Notes under the pieces: model-generated
Database searches by the model: none
What the model saw: only the letters and a program-made list of their open reading frames with translations
Told to the model about the DNA's origin: nothing
Shown here: positions 21,383 through 32,869 of the stretch, one piece after another
Layout: every line of letters begins with the position of its first letter
Numbering within the stretch: the stretch's first letter is position 1
NCBI RefSeq assembly: GCF_001194135.2
Contig: NC_068986.1
Span: 47,732,510-47,767,392, forward strand
From: Octopus bimaculoides
Taxonomy: Eukaryota
Direction: 5' to 3'
DNA: 34,883 bases
Position numbers and translations under genes: made by a program

Positions 21383-23087
21383 GCCCGCCTGCACAGAGAT
21401 GTGCAGTACCTTTGTGCTGGGGTTGATGTATGTGTGTGTGTGTGTGTGAGAGAGTGAGTGAGCAAAGTTCATTGCTCGTCTGGAAGTTGACAGCAGGCTA
21501 TACAGGTGTTTACAGAACAGGTGCATTTTTAAAGTTTGTTTTTATATAGATACAAAAATGGGTAAGTAGTGAAAAGGTGCATTTCAGAAACATATGGTTT
21601 TTGGTTCAGTCTTAACGCATTGCACTTTTGCCAAGTATCTTGTGCTATAGCTCATGCAATACTTGTGTGTGTATGTGTGTCTGTCCGCGTGTTCGTCTTC
21701 TATCACTTAATAACTGGTATCTGTCTAAGTTTCATAACGTAGCAATTCAGTCAAAAGAGTTCAATAGCATAATACCAGACTCAGCTAAATAAATAAATGA
21801 GATCTAAGATCAAATTGATCACCTAAATTTTTCAGGCAGTGCAATACAGTGACTGAAAAGAAAAAAAAATGTAAGTGTGGGTGTAGGAGCAACAGTTATG
21901 CCACAGTATGGTCTTGACTGTGATGGTTAAAATAAACTGAAGAGTGTATGATATTGCAATATGTGTATATAGTTTTATGTAGTGGAGAAACAGCCAAGAT
22001 GAAATATCAGGCAACTTAAACTACATAAGACACACACGCATACAAATGATTGTTGTTTTTTTCAATGGCGTTTGAGGAGGACGGGCTGTGTCTCTCCCTT
22101 TGTCTGGACTTTTGAGAATAGCAGTAGGAAGTTATCCTTAGTCAAGAAATCAAGAGATACTTCTGCAATATGTGATTTCATCTATGGTGGTTGCGTTGGG
22201 TTGTTGACTGCTTGTAAAGGATAAACAATACTCACGAACAATCAGCAGAAGCTATTTTTAGCACACATAATTGTTTAATCATTTGCCATGTTGACCTTTG
22301 GATGAAGAATGAATACAATAATTTATACACATTAGGAGAAACAAAACACTGGAATCTACAACGAAATAGCTTGAACGTATAGACCTGTTATCAGGCCATC
22401 TCAACAGAAGAAATATCGTGCTAAATTCATGATGGCAGATCTGTACCTTCAATCAGAATGGAAACATGAGTATGGAGTTGTTAAAACAACTGTCTCGGCA
22501 TCTTGTATCTACTGCAAGCGACTGGAGAATGAAATGAGAATGGAGTTGTCACCACAACACACTTGACAATTACTACCAAAAATTCGCCTTTTTGTATCCC
22601 TGATGACTTGATATTGATTGCTCAACAAACTGGCCGATCACGTGAAATGGCTGTGATTGGGCCGTGACGCTTACTCAGCTATTCGGCGTTTCAATTTTGA
22701 ATTTTTTACGCTTGCAATAAAACAGACTTCATTAAAGGCATTCAAGGGTCATGTGGTGGTGTTAAACTGGACAATGGATTTAAGCATGCCCCCAGGAAAC
22801 AGAACCAAACTACCTCTGATCGTTTTTTCTTCCACAGTCTCCATCTACTAAATTCCATACAAAGTTTTTGGTAGAACGGCTAGCTATTGTAGGAAATACT
22901 TGCCTAAGATGCTACTCAGCGGGATCAAACATAGGGTCAGGTAACTGTGAAGCGAACTGCTCTGTCGTACAACCACACCTGTGTGTTGTTAATGATAGGA
23001 TTTTGAACCATTTACCTTTTAACCAGTAGGCTGAAAACTCAGCTGTTCCTCTTGACCTTTATTTCATGTTAGTATATGTATTGCATA

Positions 23088-23945
23088 AAGGCAGCGAGTT
23101 GGCAGATTCGTTGCTATGTCAGACAAAGTGCTTAACGGCATTTCATCCGTTTTCATGATCTGAGTTCAAACTCCACCGAGGTCGACTTTGCCTTTTATGC
23201 TTTTGGAGTCGATAAAATAAGTAACTGTTGAATACGAGTCGGTGTAATCGGCTTACCACTCCTCTGAAATTGCTGACCGTATACCAAAATTTGAAATTAA
23301 TACATATGTTCCACAAAGGCAGTGAGTTGGCCGAGTCGTTAGCACACGGGACAAAATACTTAGTGACATCTCTTCAGGTCTAACGTTCTGTGATCAAATT
23401 CCGCCGAGGTCTACTTTGCCTTTCTTCTTTTCGGGGTTGGTTGATAAAATAAGCACTAGCTGAACACCACGACCGACGTAGTCGACTAACCCACCTCACC
23501 GTAAATTTTAAACCATGTGTCTGTAGAGGAAAGAAATATATATGTTACAGTGGGCGGCGAACTCATAGAATCGTTGCTGATTAGGGGCATTTCTTCCGGC
23601 TGTTTATGCTTAGAGTGCAAATATCGCCGAGATAAATTTTGCTTTTCATCTTTCGGAGTCGATAAAATAAGTACCTGTTAAGCATTGGAGTCAATGTACT
23701 TGACTCCTCCTGTTCACTTAAAATTGCTGGCCTTGTGCCAAATTAGAAAATATGTATGCGTTCCATCTTTAGAGATAGGCGAGGGAGGGCTTAGCAGAAT
23801 GCATAAAGCGTTGGACAAAATGTGTTGTCATATACAATTTCATTTCTTTGCGTTCTGATCTCGAATTTTCACCAAATCGACTCAGCCTTTCATTCTTCCG
23901 AAGCAAACAAAATATGTAGCAATCAAGTAATTTTGTTGAGGTGGG
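23088..23945 (+). mobile_element. Tandem array of four SINE family B copies
   Basis: Heads start at about 23088, 23316, 23551 and 23776 (aaggcagcgagttggcaga-type). Each has a ttcaaat...ccgaggtcgactttgcc...gtcgataaaataagta-like block. Confidence 0.85.
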
Positions 23946-24194
23946 TCTCTGTATGTATGTACATGTAAACGCGAGTGTCACGCATTGCTACAACGAGCAC
24001 CAAAGTATCTCGAGTCTTTAGATGAGACAAAAATCCAGTTGCTAAGACATTAAAGCAACATACTGAATTCCACTCGCCTAATAACACACGGTTAAAGACC
24101 GTCAGTCTCTCATAATCTAGTATCTATAACAATATTAGAACTGCATCCCAGAGCTGGCATACAATTTAAAATCCAACTAGGAGCAAAACACAAG

Positions 24195-24783
24195 TTTACG
24201 AGTGATTTCCCTGCTTTAGAAATGGCCACTTGTCGCTTGAAGACCAACTGCGTTCAGGACGACCGTCGATCTCCCGAACGAATGAAAACATCATGAAAAT
24301 TCTTGAACTCATCTTGAGGGACCGTCACCGAACAATTGACGAACTTGCTGATATGACTGGTGCGTCTTGGAGCTCCTGCCAATGAATTTTGAGCGAGGAA
24401 TTGTGAATGAAAGGAGTTGCAGCAAAATTTGTTCCTCGCTTGCTCACGGAACATCAAAAGCAGTTACGACTGAATGCCTGCGGTGAAATGAAAGAACAGG
24501 TGTAAGTTGAGCCGGATCTCTTTTGGAATTTTATCACTGGTGACGGAAGATGGTGCTACGGAATTTTCAAATGTTGAAGAGGTGAAGAAAGAACGACGGA
24601 GGGGTTAAAAGGCTTCACTTCGCAAGAGTTCCAGCACTGCTTCGAATAATGGAAAATGCGCCTGGACCGATGCACTGCTTCAAATGGATAATACTTTGAA
24701 TGTGATAAAAGTGAAAACGAGTAAAACTAAGTGAATAAAATAATATTACAAAATTCCTGTTTCTTTTAGGAACTCCATCATAC
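24195..24783 (+). mobile_element. Internally deleted mariner transposon
   Basis: SLEDQLRSGRPS...IDELAD...AAKFVPRLLT...FITGDGRWCYG is joined directly to the C-terminal FQHCFE*WKMRLDRC...G*YFE. The right TIR-like ttttaggaactccatca-TA is at about 24765-24783. Confidence 0.88.
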
Positions 24784-24887
24784 GTACGTACATACATACA
24801 TACATACATACATACACACACATGCACACACACACACACAGAACGGGAGAGGGGAGAGAGTGACTTCCTCTATAGGTTATTCAATCC

Positions 24888-25118
24888 CAATGGCTCTCAA
24901 CCAATTGTTTTCCCCTTTGATTCCTATTCTACTCTACTCGCCCTCCATGTTAAAATATTTATTACATTTTTTATAATTAAATATTAGGAATTTTATTTTA
25001 AAAGAATGTTAAAATACTTTGTGTATAGCAGAAGTACAACCAATTTATTGCGCATAAACTTTAACAAAATTTTATATGAAACCCCAAGGGTCATATGAAC
25101 CCCGTTTCAGAAACACTG
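24888..25118. mobile_element. Possible hAT/Charlie-type MITE
   Basis: The ends caatggctctcaacc and ccgtttcagaaacactg resemble CAGTGGTTCTCAACC-type TIRs. No 8-bp TSD is seen. Confidence 0.4.
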
Positions 25119-25204
25119 CTCTATACAAAACTAACTGAACAAAAGACAATCTTTCAGATTTTAAAAATGGAAAAGAGTTTAAAGCGTAAAGAATTTTATA
25201 CGTA

Positions 25205-25545
25205 CGAGAAGGTATCGATAAATTCCCGGGCTAGTTATATTTAATAAAAAAAAATAACTTATTCAACTAAGTTTTAACATCATCTCCTTCGAAATTTTTA
25301 CCTTGCACAGCAATACACTGGTCCCAGCATTTCTGCCACTTTCGGAATCCGGCCTAGAAATTGTTTTCCGTAAGCAAGTCAGGGACCTTCAGCGATTCGC
25401 TCTTGATCTTTGAGCAGCATTTTCCTCTTGAGGAAGAAATGGAAGCCCGCAGGTGCTAACTCTAGCTCTCACTACGTATGTAACCGTGTGCTGTCATCTG
25501 TTGGCACGCTGCAGAACTAGTCTGGAAATGTTTGATACCACCTCG
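25205..25545 (-). mobile_element. Mariner-derived MITE with both TIRs and TA TSD
   Basis: TA-cgagaaggtatcgataaattcccgggctagtt ... aactagtctggaaatgtttgataccacctcg-TA. The inside keeps the transposase end GFRKWQKCWDQCIAVQGKNFEGDD on the - strand. Confidence 0.88.
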
Positions 25546-25888
25546 TAATAATATGAAAGGAAAGAAAATTTTGAAACAAAAGAATTCAAAAAGAGTAAGA
25601 TTAAAACAAAGTCAAATTTTAGCAATTCATAATTGTTTTGTTAATGATAGAGATACTAAATTCGTTTTCTTCTTGTCTCAGCTTTTAAATCTTTTATTTC
25701 TTTCAGTTATTGGGTTGCAGCCATGCTGGGACACTACCTTGAAGGATTTAATTGAACAAATTGACCCCAGTTCTTCTTTAAAGTCTTGTAATTTTTCTGT
25801 CGGTCTTTTTGTCAAACCGCTAGGTTACGTGGACATAAACCAATACCAGTTAAGTGGTAGTAGGGGAGGGGGAACAACACATGCACAT

Positions 25889-25946
<58 letters not shown>

Positions 25947-26107
25947 TAGCTTCCAGTCCTCTATTTCAGCTAACTTTTCTCTTAATCTCTATGCTCTCTA
26001 ACGCCGTTGACTATTCACCAATGCGTCAAGCAGTTCCGGAAAAAGACGAGGCGAGGATTAAAAAACTGTCAAATATAGCCCGAACAGCTAGTGTATATAT
26101 ACACATA

Positions 26108-26139
<32 letters not shown>

Positions 26140-26219
26140 CACAGAGACACACACACACACACGCACACGCACACGCACGCACACACACACACACACGCAC
26201 ACACAAATGTAAGTGCCTT

Positions 26220-26271
26220 CAATAGAGTATATTTCACTGCTCCCAGTGAAAGCAGTGAATATACTCTATTG
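26220..26271. repeat. Near-perfect 52-nt hairpin
   Basis: CAATAGAGTATATTTCACTGCT-cccagtgaa-AGCAGTGAATATACTCTATTG: about a 21-bp stem with one bulge. Confidence 0.9.
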
Positions 26272-26287
26272 GTTTTATTGACATCAT

Positions 26288-26630
26288 GTTAAGATGGTGC
26301 GTGATTGTTGATGAGTATTAGCGGAGATCATTTTTATCTTTCATCCTTTAGAGGTCGATAAAACAAAGTGCTAATCAAGTACTAGAATCGATATAAGCAA
26401 CTAATCAACTTCTCTTAAAATTGATGGCCTTGAGCCAAAAATTTGAAACAATTACTTGCAAATAGAATAAAGGTGGTAAGCTGGCAGAATTGATACCGCG
26501 CCGCACTAAATTGACTTTTACTTTCCATTCCATCGGGTTGAGTAAAATAGGCCACAGCTGAACACTGGTATGGATGTAATCAACTTACGTAATCTAAGAT
26601 CACCGCTTTGTTTCACGATTTGAAGCGTTT
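26288..26630 (+). mobile_element. Two degenerate tandem SINE family B copies
   Basis: tttcatcctttagaggtcgataaaacaaagt and aaggtggtaagctggcagaattg... blocks. Confidence 0.6.
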
Positions 26631-27119
26631 ATTTGTAAATAGAATCTCACACGTTTTTAGTCGCGCTCAGTTTTGTGGTCTGCAAATAACATTTTTTGTG
26701 GGGTTTTCATTGTTATTTTCTTCCGTTCTGATATGTACATGGACACAAACATGAATCGCCAAATTAAATTTAATGTTTCAAACTTAAACTCCCTTTTATT
26801 TCTTTCTCACATAAACTATTTCTTTTCTTTGTTATTACGTAAAAAATAATTCAAAAGGATTTGCTTTTATACGGTTCTGGATGCGATAATTTTATTCATG
26901 GGAATAATTGACCTTACTTGTTTATTGTTTGTGAATTTTCCCACGGCGGCGAGTAAAATGTGAACGGATCTCCGCTGCTGGAACAAATTAAATATCGACT
27001 CATTGTATTGCCACGTTAGTGGCTATGCACTCCACAGCTACGCGTACGTCTAATGTAATCTTTAGGCAAGATGAGTAGGACGCAGTAACTGCTATGCTAG
27101 ATCAATGTTCTTTTTCCTC

Positions 27120-27470
27120 TCATGCATATTCCTGGCATATAGTTTCAAGTCATCCACAAAGAAGTAGTTTGTAATTTTTGTATTTCTATCCCTTTGTAAA
27201 TAAACCAATGAGATACCCTTCAAAATTCCTCAACGTAAATGACAAGGGGTTTGCTGAAAGTATGAACAACATCACAGAGAGATTGTCCCACTGGAACATA
27301 CCTCTGGTATTTTATCAATGTTAATACAACAGTCTTTGTGTTTGACTTCAAGATGGTGGCCCACGATGAAGTCAGGTCAGCTATGGCTTTGACTGTGCTC
27401 TCTGGAACTCTAGCAAGTCGAAGAGCTTCTAGCATCCATAAGTGGGGAGAGAGCCAAAGGCTTCCTTGTA
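27120..27470 (-). mobile_element. R4/Dong-type (REL-endonuclease clade) non-LTR RT fragment
   Basis: PHLWMLEALRLARVPE...IKYQR-MFQWDNLSVMLFILSANPLS (GIFQGDSLS-like)...TNYFFVDDLKLYAR. FVDD is at 27160-27149. It is frameshifted. Confidence 0.8.
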
Positions 27471-27473
27471 GTC

Positions 27474-27830
27474 CAGCCACATTGCCATTGAAACCGGGAA
27501 ACCGGGCTCATGAGCCTGGCTAGGCTTTAAAAGAGCGCATTTATCTGTGGAGGTGCAATGGCCCAGTGATTAGGGCAGCGGATTCACGGTTGGAAGATCG
27601 CGGTTTTGATTCCCAGACAGGGCGTTGTCTGTGTTTATTGAGCGAAAACACCTAAAGCTCCAGGAGCCTCCGGCAGGGGGCTGGGTGGCGACCCCTGTTG
27701 TACTCTTTCAACTCAGCTTTCTCTCACTCTTTCTTCCTGTTTATTGAGTAAAAAGCTGCGATGGACTGGCGTCCCGTCCAGCTAAGGGGGAACACATATA
27801 CCATGTAAACCGGAAAACCGACCCACAAGG
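27474..27830 (+). mobile_element. tRNA-derived SINE (head at about 27547) preceded by the tail of another copy
   Basis: A box tggcccagtgattag and B box ggttttgattcc. The tail motif (g/t)aaaccggRaaaccg occurs at about 27490 and 27806. Confidence 0.75.
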
Positions 27831-28676
27831 GGCTAAGAGGATTTCCCCCATATANNNNNNNNNNNNNNNNNNNNNNNNNNNNNNNNNNNNNNNNNNNNNN
27901 NNNNNNNNNNNNNNNNNNNNNNNNNNNNNNNNNNNNNNNNNNNNNNNNNNNNNNNNNNNNNNNNNNNNNNNNNNNNNNNNNNNNNNNNNNNNNNNNNNNN
28001 NNNNNNNNNNNNNNNNNNNNNNNNNNNNNNNNNNNNNNNNNNNNNNNNNNNNNNNNNNNNNNNNNNNNNNNNNNNNNNNNNNNNNNNNNNNNNNNNNNNN
28101 NNNNNNNNNNNNNNNNNNNNNNNNNNNNNNNNNNNNNNNNNNNNNNNNNNNNNNNNNNNNNNNNNNNNNNNNNNNNNNNNNNNNNNNNNNNNNNNNNNNN
28201 NNNNNNNNNNNNNNNNNNNNNNNNNNNNNNNNNNNNNNNNNNNNNNNNNNNNNNNNNNNNNNNNNNNNNNNNNNNNNNNNNNNNNNNNNNNNNNNNNNNN
28301 NNNNNNNNNNNNNNNNNNNNNNNNNNNNNNNNNNNNNNNNNNNNNNNNNNNNNNNNNNNNNNNNNNNNNNNNNNNNNNNNNNNNNNNNNNNNNNNNNNNN
28401 NNNNNNNNNNNNNNNNNNNNNNNNNNNNNNNNNNNNNNNNNNNNNNNNNNNNNNNNNNNNNNNNNNNNNNNNNNNNNNNNNNNNNNNNNNNNNNNNNNNN
28501 NNNNNNNNNNNNNNNNNNNNNNNNNNNNNNNNNNNNNNNNNNNATTCGCGTACTAGTTTCGGAATTAATATTCTCTTACCGAGGATATCTGTCCCTCTTT
28601 TGAGAACTATTAGGTCTTAGTAGACACAACATGTGATCTTCTTCTAGCACATTAAATGTCCACTTTAGTGGTCATC

Positions 28677-28739
<63 letters not shown>

Positions 28740-29654
28740 ACGTATATACATATATATACGACGGTCTTCTTCCAGTTTCCGTCTACTAAATCCACTCACA
28801 AGACTTTGGTCTGGCCGAGGCTATTGTAAAAAAATACTTTCCCAAGGTACCAAGCAGAGGGATTGAACCCAGAACCATGTGGTTAGAAAACAAGCTTCTT
28901 ACCACAGAGTCACGCTTATAATAATTTATTATATGTTATGCACTTCACTGTGTTTTGGTATGCGCATTTCCCCCTTGTCCGAAAAGAGGTCCATGATGCA
29001 AAAAGAAAGACAAGGGATCGCTCCTTTATGTTACTCAGAATGTACGAAATTAGGGTTAACTAAAAGTCTGAAAACAAACATGGATGTTTAGGTCTAACAA
29101 ATGAAAATGCTTTGGACCGGCTAAGGGTTAATCATTGCAACGTACATGTCTCTCATTCATCATTCTCTCCCCCCCCCTCTCTTTCAGGTCTCGAACATGG
29201 ATGCATAACAAAGAAGTTTTCTATTTTTATTATTTTTTTCCGTGTTGTCAGTTCTACTTCTCTGAAGTCGTTCACCTCTGATTGATATTTGTAACATTAA
29301 AAAATAAAACTTGCTGAATGAGAACATTCGTCAATTTATTTCTTATACTTTAAAGCTGTGCTTAGTTTTTCTCATCAACATCTAGTCAACAACCTACCAT
29401 CAAAAATGTCATTGTTGTTGACTCACCTTCAGTTTGTAATACTTCAGCGTTGTATATTTATTAGCTTCATTTAATCTCGATAGTAATGAAGTAAAAAAGT
29501 TCATATGAACACGAAAAATATATACGCAATAAAATTGAAAGCTTAATATAAAATGCAGAAACACGAAAAGCACTTTGTTGTATGCATGTATGCATGTATG
29601 CATATTTATGTGTGTGTGTGAATACATATATGTTTGTACGTAGGTATGTATGCA

Positions 29655-30030
29655 ATTATTCAGTTTTATTTCAAGATTTCTTGCCAATAGAGAAAGAGCC
29701 GGTTTCTAACCTAGGTCCAAGGCTCCTTCACTGGAATTTCAACAACATCAACAGGGTATTTTTGAATATACGTATATATGCAGAATTGAATGTTTTGTTT
29801 TTATAGTGAAGGTTTGTTGCCGACTTAATGTGGCAGTCCCAGTATGCAACTGCTTTTTAGCCCCAGGAAACACCGTTTCCAGCTGGCTATGTGACACAAG
29901 CGTGCTGTGTCCTTATGTTTTCAAACAGGGGAGATAAGCACCTCCACCTAGCAAAGCCATCATCCAGAGACTAGTTTCAGAGTCATTGCTCTTCACCAGT
30001 CAGGAGTAGTTTGGCTCGCTAGTTGAATTT
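29655..30030 (-). mobile_element. Composite non-coding element: hammerhead + about 165-nt middle + R4/Dong-like LINE 3' tail ending in (CATA)n
   Basis: 29655-29796 is the reverse-complement homologue of the LINE 3' UTR at about 33045-33191. The hammerhead is at 29963-30005 on the same strand. Confidence 0.6.
29963..30005 (-). ncRNA. Minimal type I hammerhead ribozyme (one core substitution)
   Basis: TCCTGA / CTGGTGA / AGAG-CAATGA-CTCT / GAAA / C-TA-G / TC / TCTGGA. Stem I 5 of 6 bp, stem II 4 bp, palindromic CTAG stem III, GUC cleavage triplet. Confidence 0.75.
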
Positions 30031-31134
30031 TTTATTATGATTATAAGAAATCTTACACAGATGGAGACATTACAAGACATTACAAATACATTTTCTTGCT
30101 CTGTTAAAGTATTTGAGAAAAATTATATTAATGTGTTCAACTGATAAAAATTCTATTTATTTGTGCAGCCGACGATAGCTCTGCATTTAAATTGATGTAA
30201 TGATTGCATTGTTCAATTCTTGATATCCTGTTGCTTATTTTGATTATATATATATANNNNNNNNNNNNNNNNNNNNNNNNNNNNNNNNNNNNNNNNNNNN
30301 NNNNNNNNNNNNNNNNNNNNNNNNNNNNNNNNNNNNNNNNNNNNNNNNNNNNNNNNNNNNNNNNNNNNNNNNNNNNNNNNNNNNNNNNNNNNNNNNNNNN
30401 NNNNNNNNNNNNNNNNNNNNNNNNNNNNNNNNNNNNNNNNNNNNNNNNNNNNNNNNNNNNNNNNNNNNNNNNNNNNNNNNNNNNNNNNNNNNNNNNNNNN
30501 NNNNNNNNNNNNNNNNNNNNNNNNNNNNNNNNNNNNNNNNNNNNNNNNNNNNNNNNNNNNNNNNNNNNNNNNNNNNNNNNNNNNNNNNNNNNNNNNNNNN
30601 NNNNNNNNNNNNNNNNNNNNNNNNNNNNNNNNNNNNNNNNNNNNNNNNNNNNNNNNNNNNNNNNNNNNNNNNNNNNNNNNNNNNNNNNNNNNNNNNNNNN
30701 NNNNNNNNNNNNNNNNNNNNNNNNNNNNNNNNNNNNNNNNNNNNNNNNNNNNNNNNNNNNNNNNNNNNNNNNNNNNNNNNNNNNNNNNNNNNNNNNNNNN
30801 NNNNNNNNNNNNNNNNNNNNNNNNNNNNNNNNNNNNNNNNNNNNNNNNNNNNNNNNNNNNNNNNNNNNNNNNNNNNNNNNNNNNNNNNNNNNNNNNNNNN
30901 NNNNNNNNNNNNNNNNNNNNNNNNNNNNNNNNNNNNNNNNNNNNNNNNNNNNNNNNNNNNNNNNNNNNNNNNNNNNNNNNNNNNNNNNNNNNNNNNNNNN
31001 NNNNNNNNNNNNNNNNNNNNNNNNNNNNNNNNNNNNNNNNNNNNNNNNNNNNNNNNNNNNNNNNNNNNNNNNNNNNNNNNNNNNNNNNNNNNNNNNNNNN
31101 NNNNNNNNNNNNNNNNNNNNNNNNNNNNNNNNNN

Positions 31135-31640
31135 TGTCTGAAAACGGCTCCAAAATCTGGCGCATGCATTCTTCACTGCGTCTCTGGGAAGATCCTGAAA
31201 CATACTCTTAATCCGGGCCACCAGTTCGGCCTCGGTGTTGCAGGTAGAGCGGTCGATGTCTTTCTCAACCGTGCTCCACACATTGTGATCCATGTGATTA
31301 CAATCCGAGAAATTAGGCCAGAATTTGGAGATGGTGAAGTCGTAGAAATTTTCTGACAATCACTTCAGATTCTTTTCGGAGGTATGGCTACGAGCCGATT
31401 CCTGTGCTACATGCATAGCCTTCCAGCTGCAATCCTCTTCAGCCTGTGATTGATTACTGTATCCAACAGCTTTACATAGCTGCATGCCCTGTTCAAAGAT
31501 GAAATCCGGCCGGTGGACTCGATCAGAATGCCCGCTGTGTCCCTTCTTGCTAACTACAATTTGGTAGTCTCCGTTGCAGCTGCTCCATGACTCCTTTACA
31601 ATGCAGCCTTTACAATGACCACAGAGCATTGAGTAGCAGT
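31135..31640 (-). mobile_element. Internally deleted DD37D (maT-type) Tc1/mariner transposase remnant
   Basis: AQESARSHTSEKNLK*LSENFYDF...WPNFSDCNHMDHNVWS is a decayed QQDSAPCH...WPPNSPDxNPxDY. The spacing is 36 here, i.e. 37 with one codon lost. Confidence 0.82.
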
Positions 31641-31849
31641 CATGATGTCGGCATTTGACAGCTGGTGAGAGTCATAATGATACAGGTGACTCTTATTCAA
31701 TATTCACATGGCTTCTAGCCCTCCATTTGAGCTAATTGTTTCTCAACTACAACTTTAAACTCTATGCTCTCTCACGCTGTTGAGCGTTCACTAATATATC
31801 AAACTTTTCCTAAAAAAGCAGGTATATATAGAGAGAGAAGGCATTTGGC

Positions 31850-32050
31850 TTTTCACGTAACTGCAGTCCACTCAGCTGTCAAAAATGAGTAGTACCAGTA
31901 TTTCAAAAAGCCAGCCTTGTCACATTCTGTGTCACGCTGAATCTCCCTGATAACCACGTTAAGGGTACACGTGTCTGTGAGGTGCTCAGCAGGCAATCCC
32001 GTTGATCGGATCAACTGTAAACCTGGTCGACCTAACCGACGGAGTGTCTG
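31850..32050 (+). mobile_element. SINE 3' portion sharing the family C core but with a different tail
   Basis: tttcacgtaactgcagtccactcagctgtc matches 10740-10768; the downstream sequence differs from 10770-10880. Confidence 0.6.
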
Positions 32051-32055
32051 TTTAT

Positions 32056-32086
<31 letters not shown>

Positions 32087-32678
32087 TGTATGTATGTATG
32101 TATATGTACATATATATATGTAAGCTTACGTAGTAGACATACCAACACGAGCACCAACATGTCGATTTTACTTATTTCTTTGTAGACTGGAACAAAAGAA
32201 GATTAAGCTGCGTTTTGATTCTTCTAGGTGTATATATTACTTAACCAATCCCAGATTAATGAATAGCCTTTCTGTTTATATACATATTAGATTTAATATT
32301 TATTGAGAATTGGAGCTATTAAATTACCTACCATTACCGTTTATCAGTTTAAATAATATTAGTGGCCTGTCAACGGCGAGCCATTCTACTCAGTATCAGG
32401 ATATGATGTGACATATGTAAACCTATGTTGTAGACATACAAATATGTTAATTTTACCTATTTCCTTGTAGATAGGAAAAGATGATGGACAGCCGAAATCA
32501 ATTTTTGACCCTTATTGGAATTTCATCAATGGTGTCTATATCACTCGACCAATCTCAGAGAAATGAATACCCGCTCTGTTTATATATACATCAAATCTAG
32601 TGGCTACAGGGAAATGAAATCGTTAATTTACATAGCGTTTATACCTGGAGCACTCAGTCTACACAATAACGAAGTATA

Positions 32679-32716
<38 letters not shown>

Positions 32717-32869
32717 CTTAATTTCGTAAACATTTTACGTAGGTAAAAAAATACAAATACCAATTTTGAATTAAAGGTCTTTTTTAATGATTGGCAGATA
32801 CACAATATCGATACTTCATATACATACATACATACATACATACATACATACATACATACATACATACGT

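Noticed and set aside
22585-22630. LY(P)DDLILIA, an RT YADD-like motif
   Set aside because: It needs a frameshift and has no supporting flanking RT motifs.
23088-23945. CRISPR-like or tRNA gene array
   Set aside because: The units are about 230-bp diverged SINEs in a eukaryotic context, with no identical short repeats or spacers and no cloverleaf.
29410-29520. Minus-strand exon ending at a strong GTGAGT donor near 29424
   Set aside because: No convincing acceptor or protein similarity was found, so it is not called.
30137-31359. Long ORFs (318-371 aa) in the track, and similar ones at 1522-2021, 14103-14372 and 18965-19441
   Set aside because: They are mostly X from N gaps. Only the flanking transposase or RTE residues are real.
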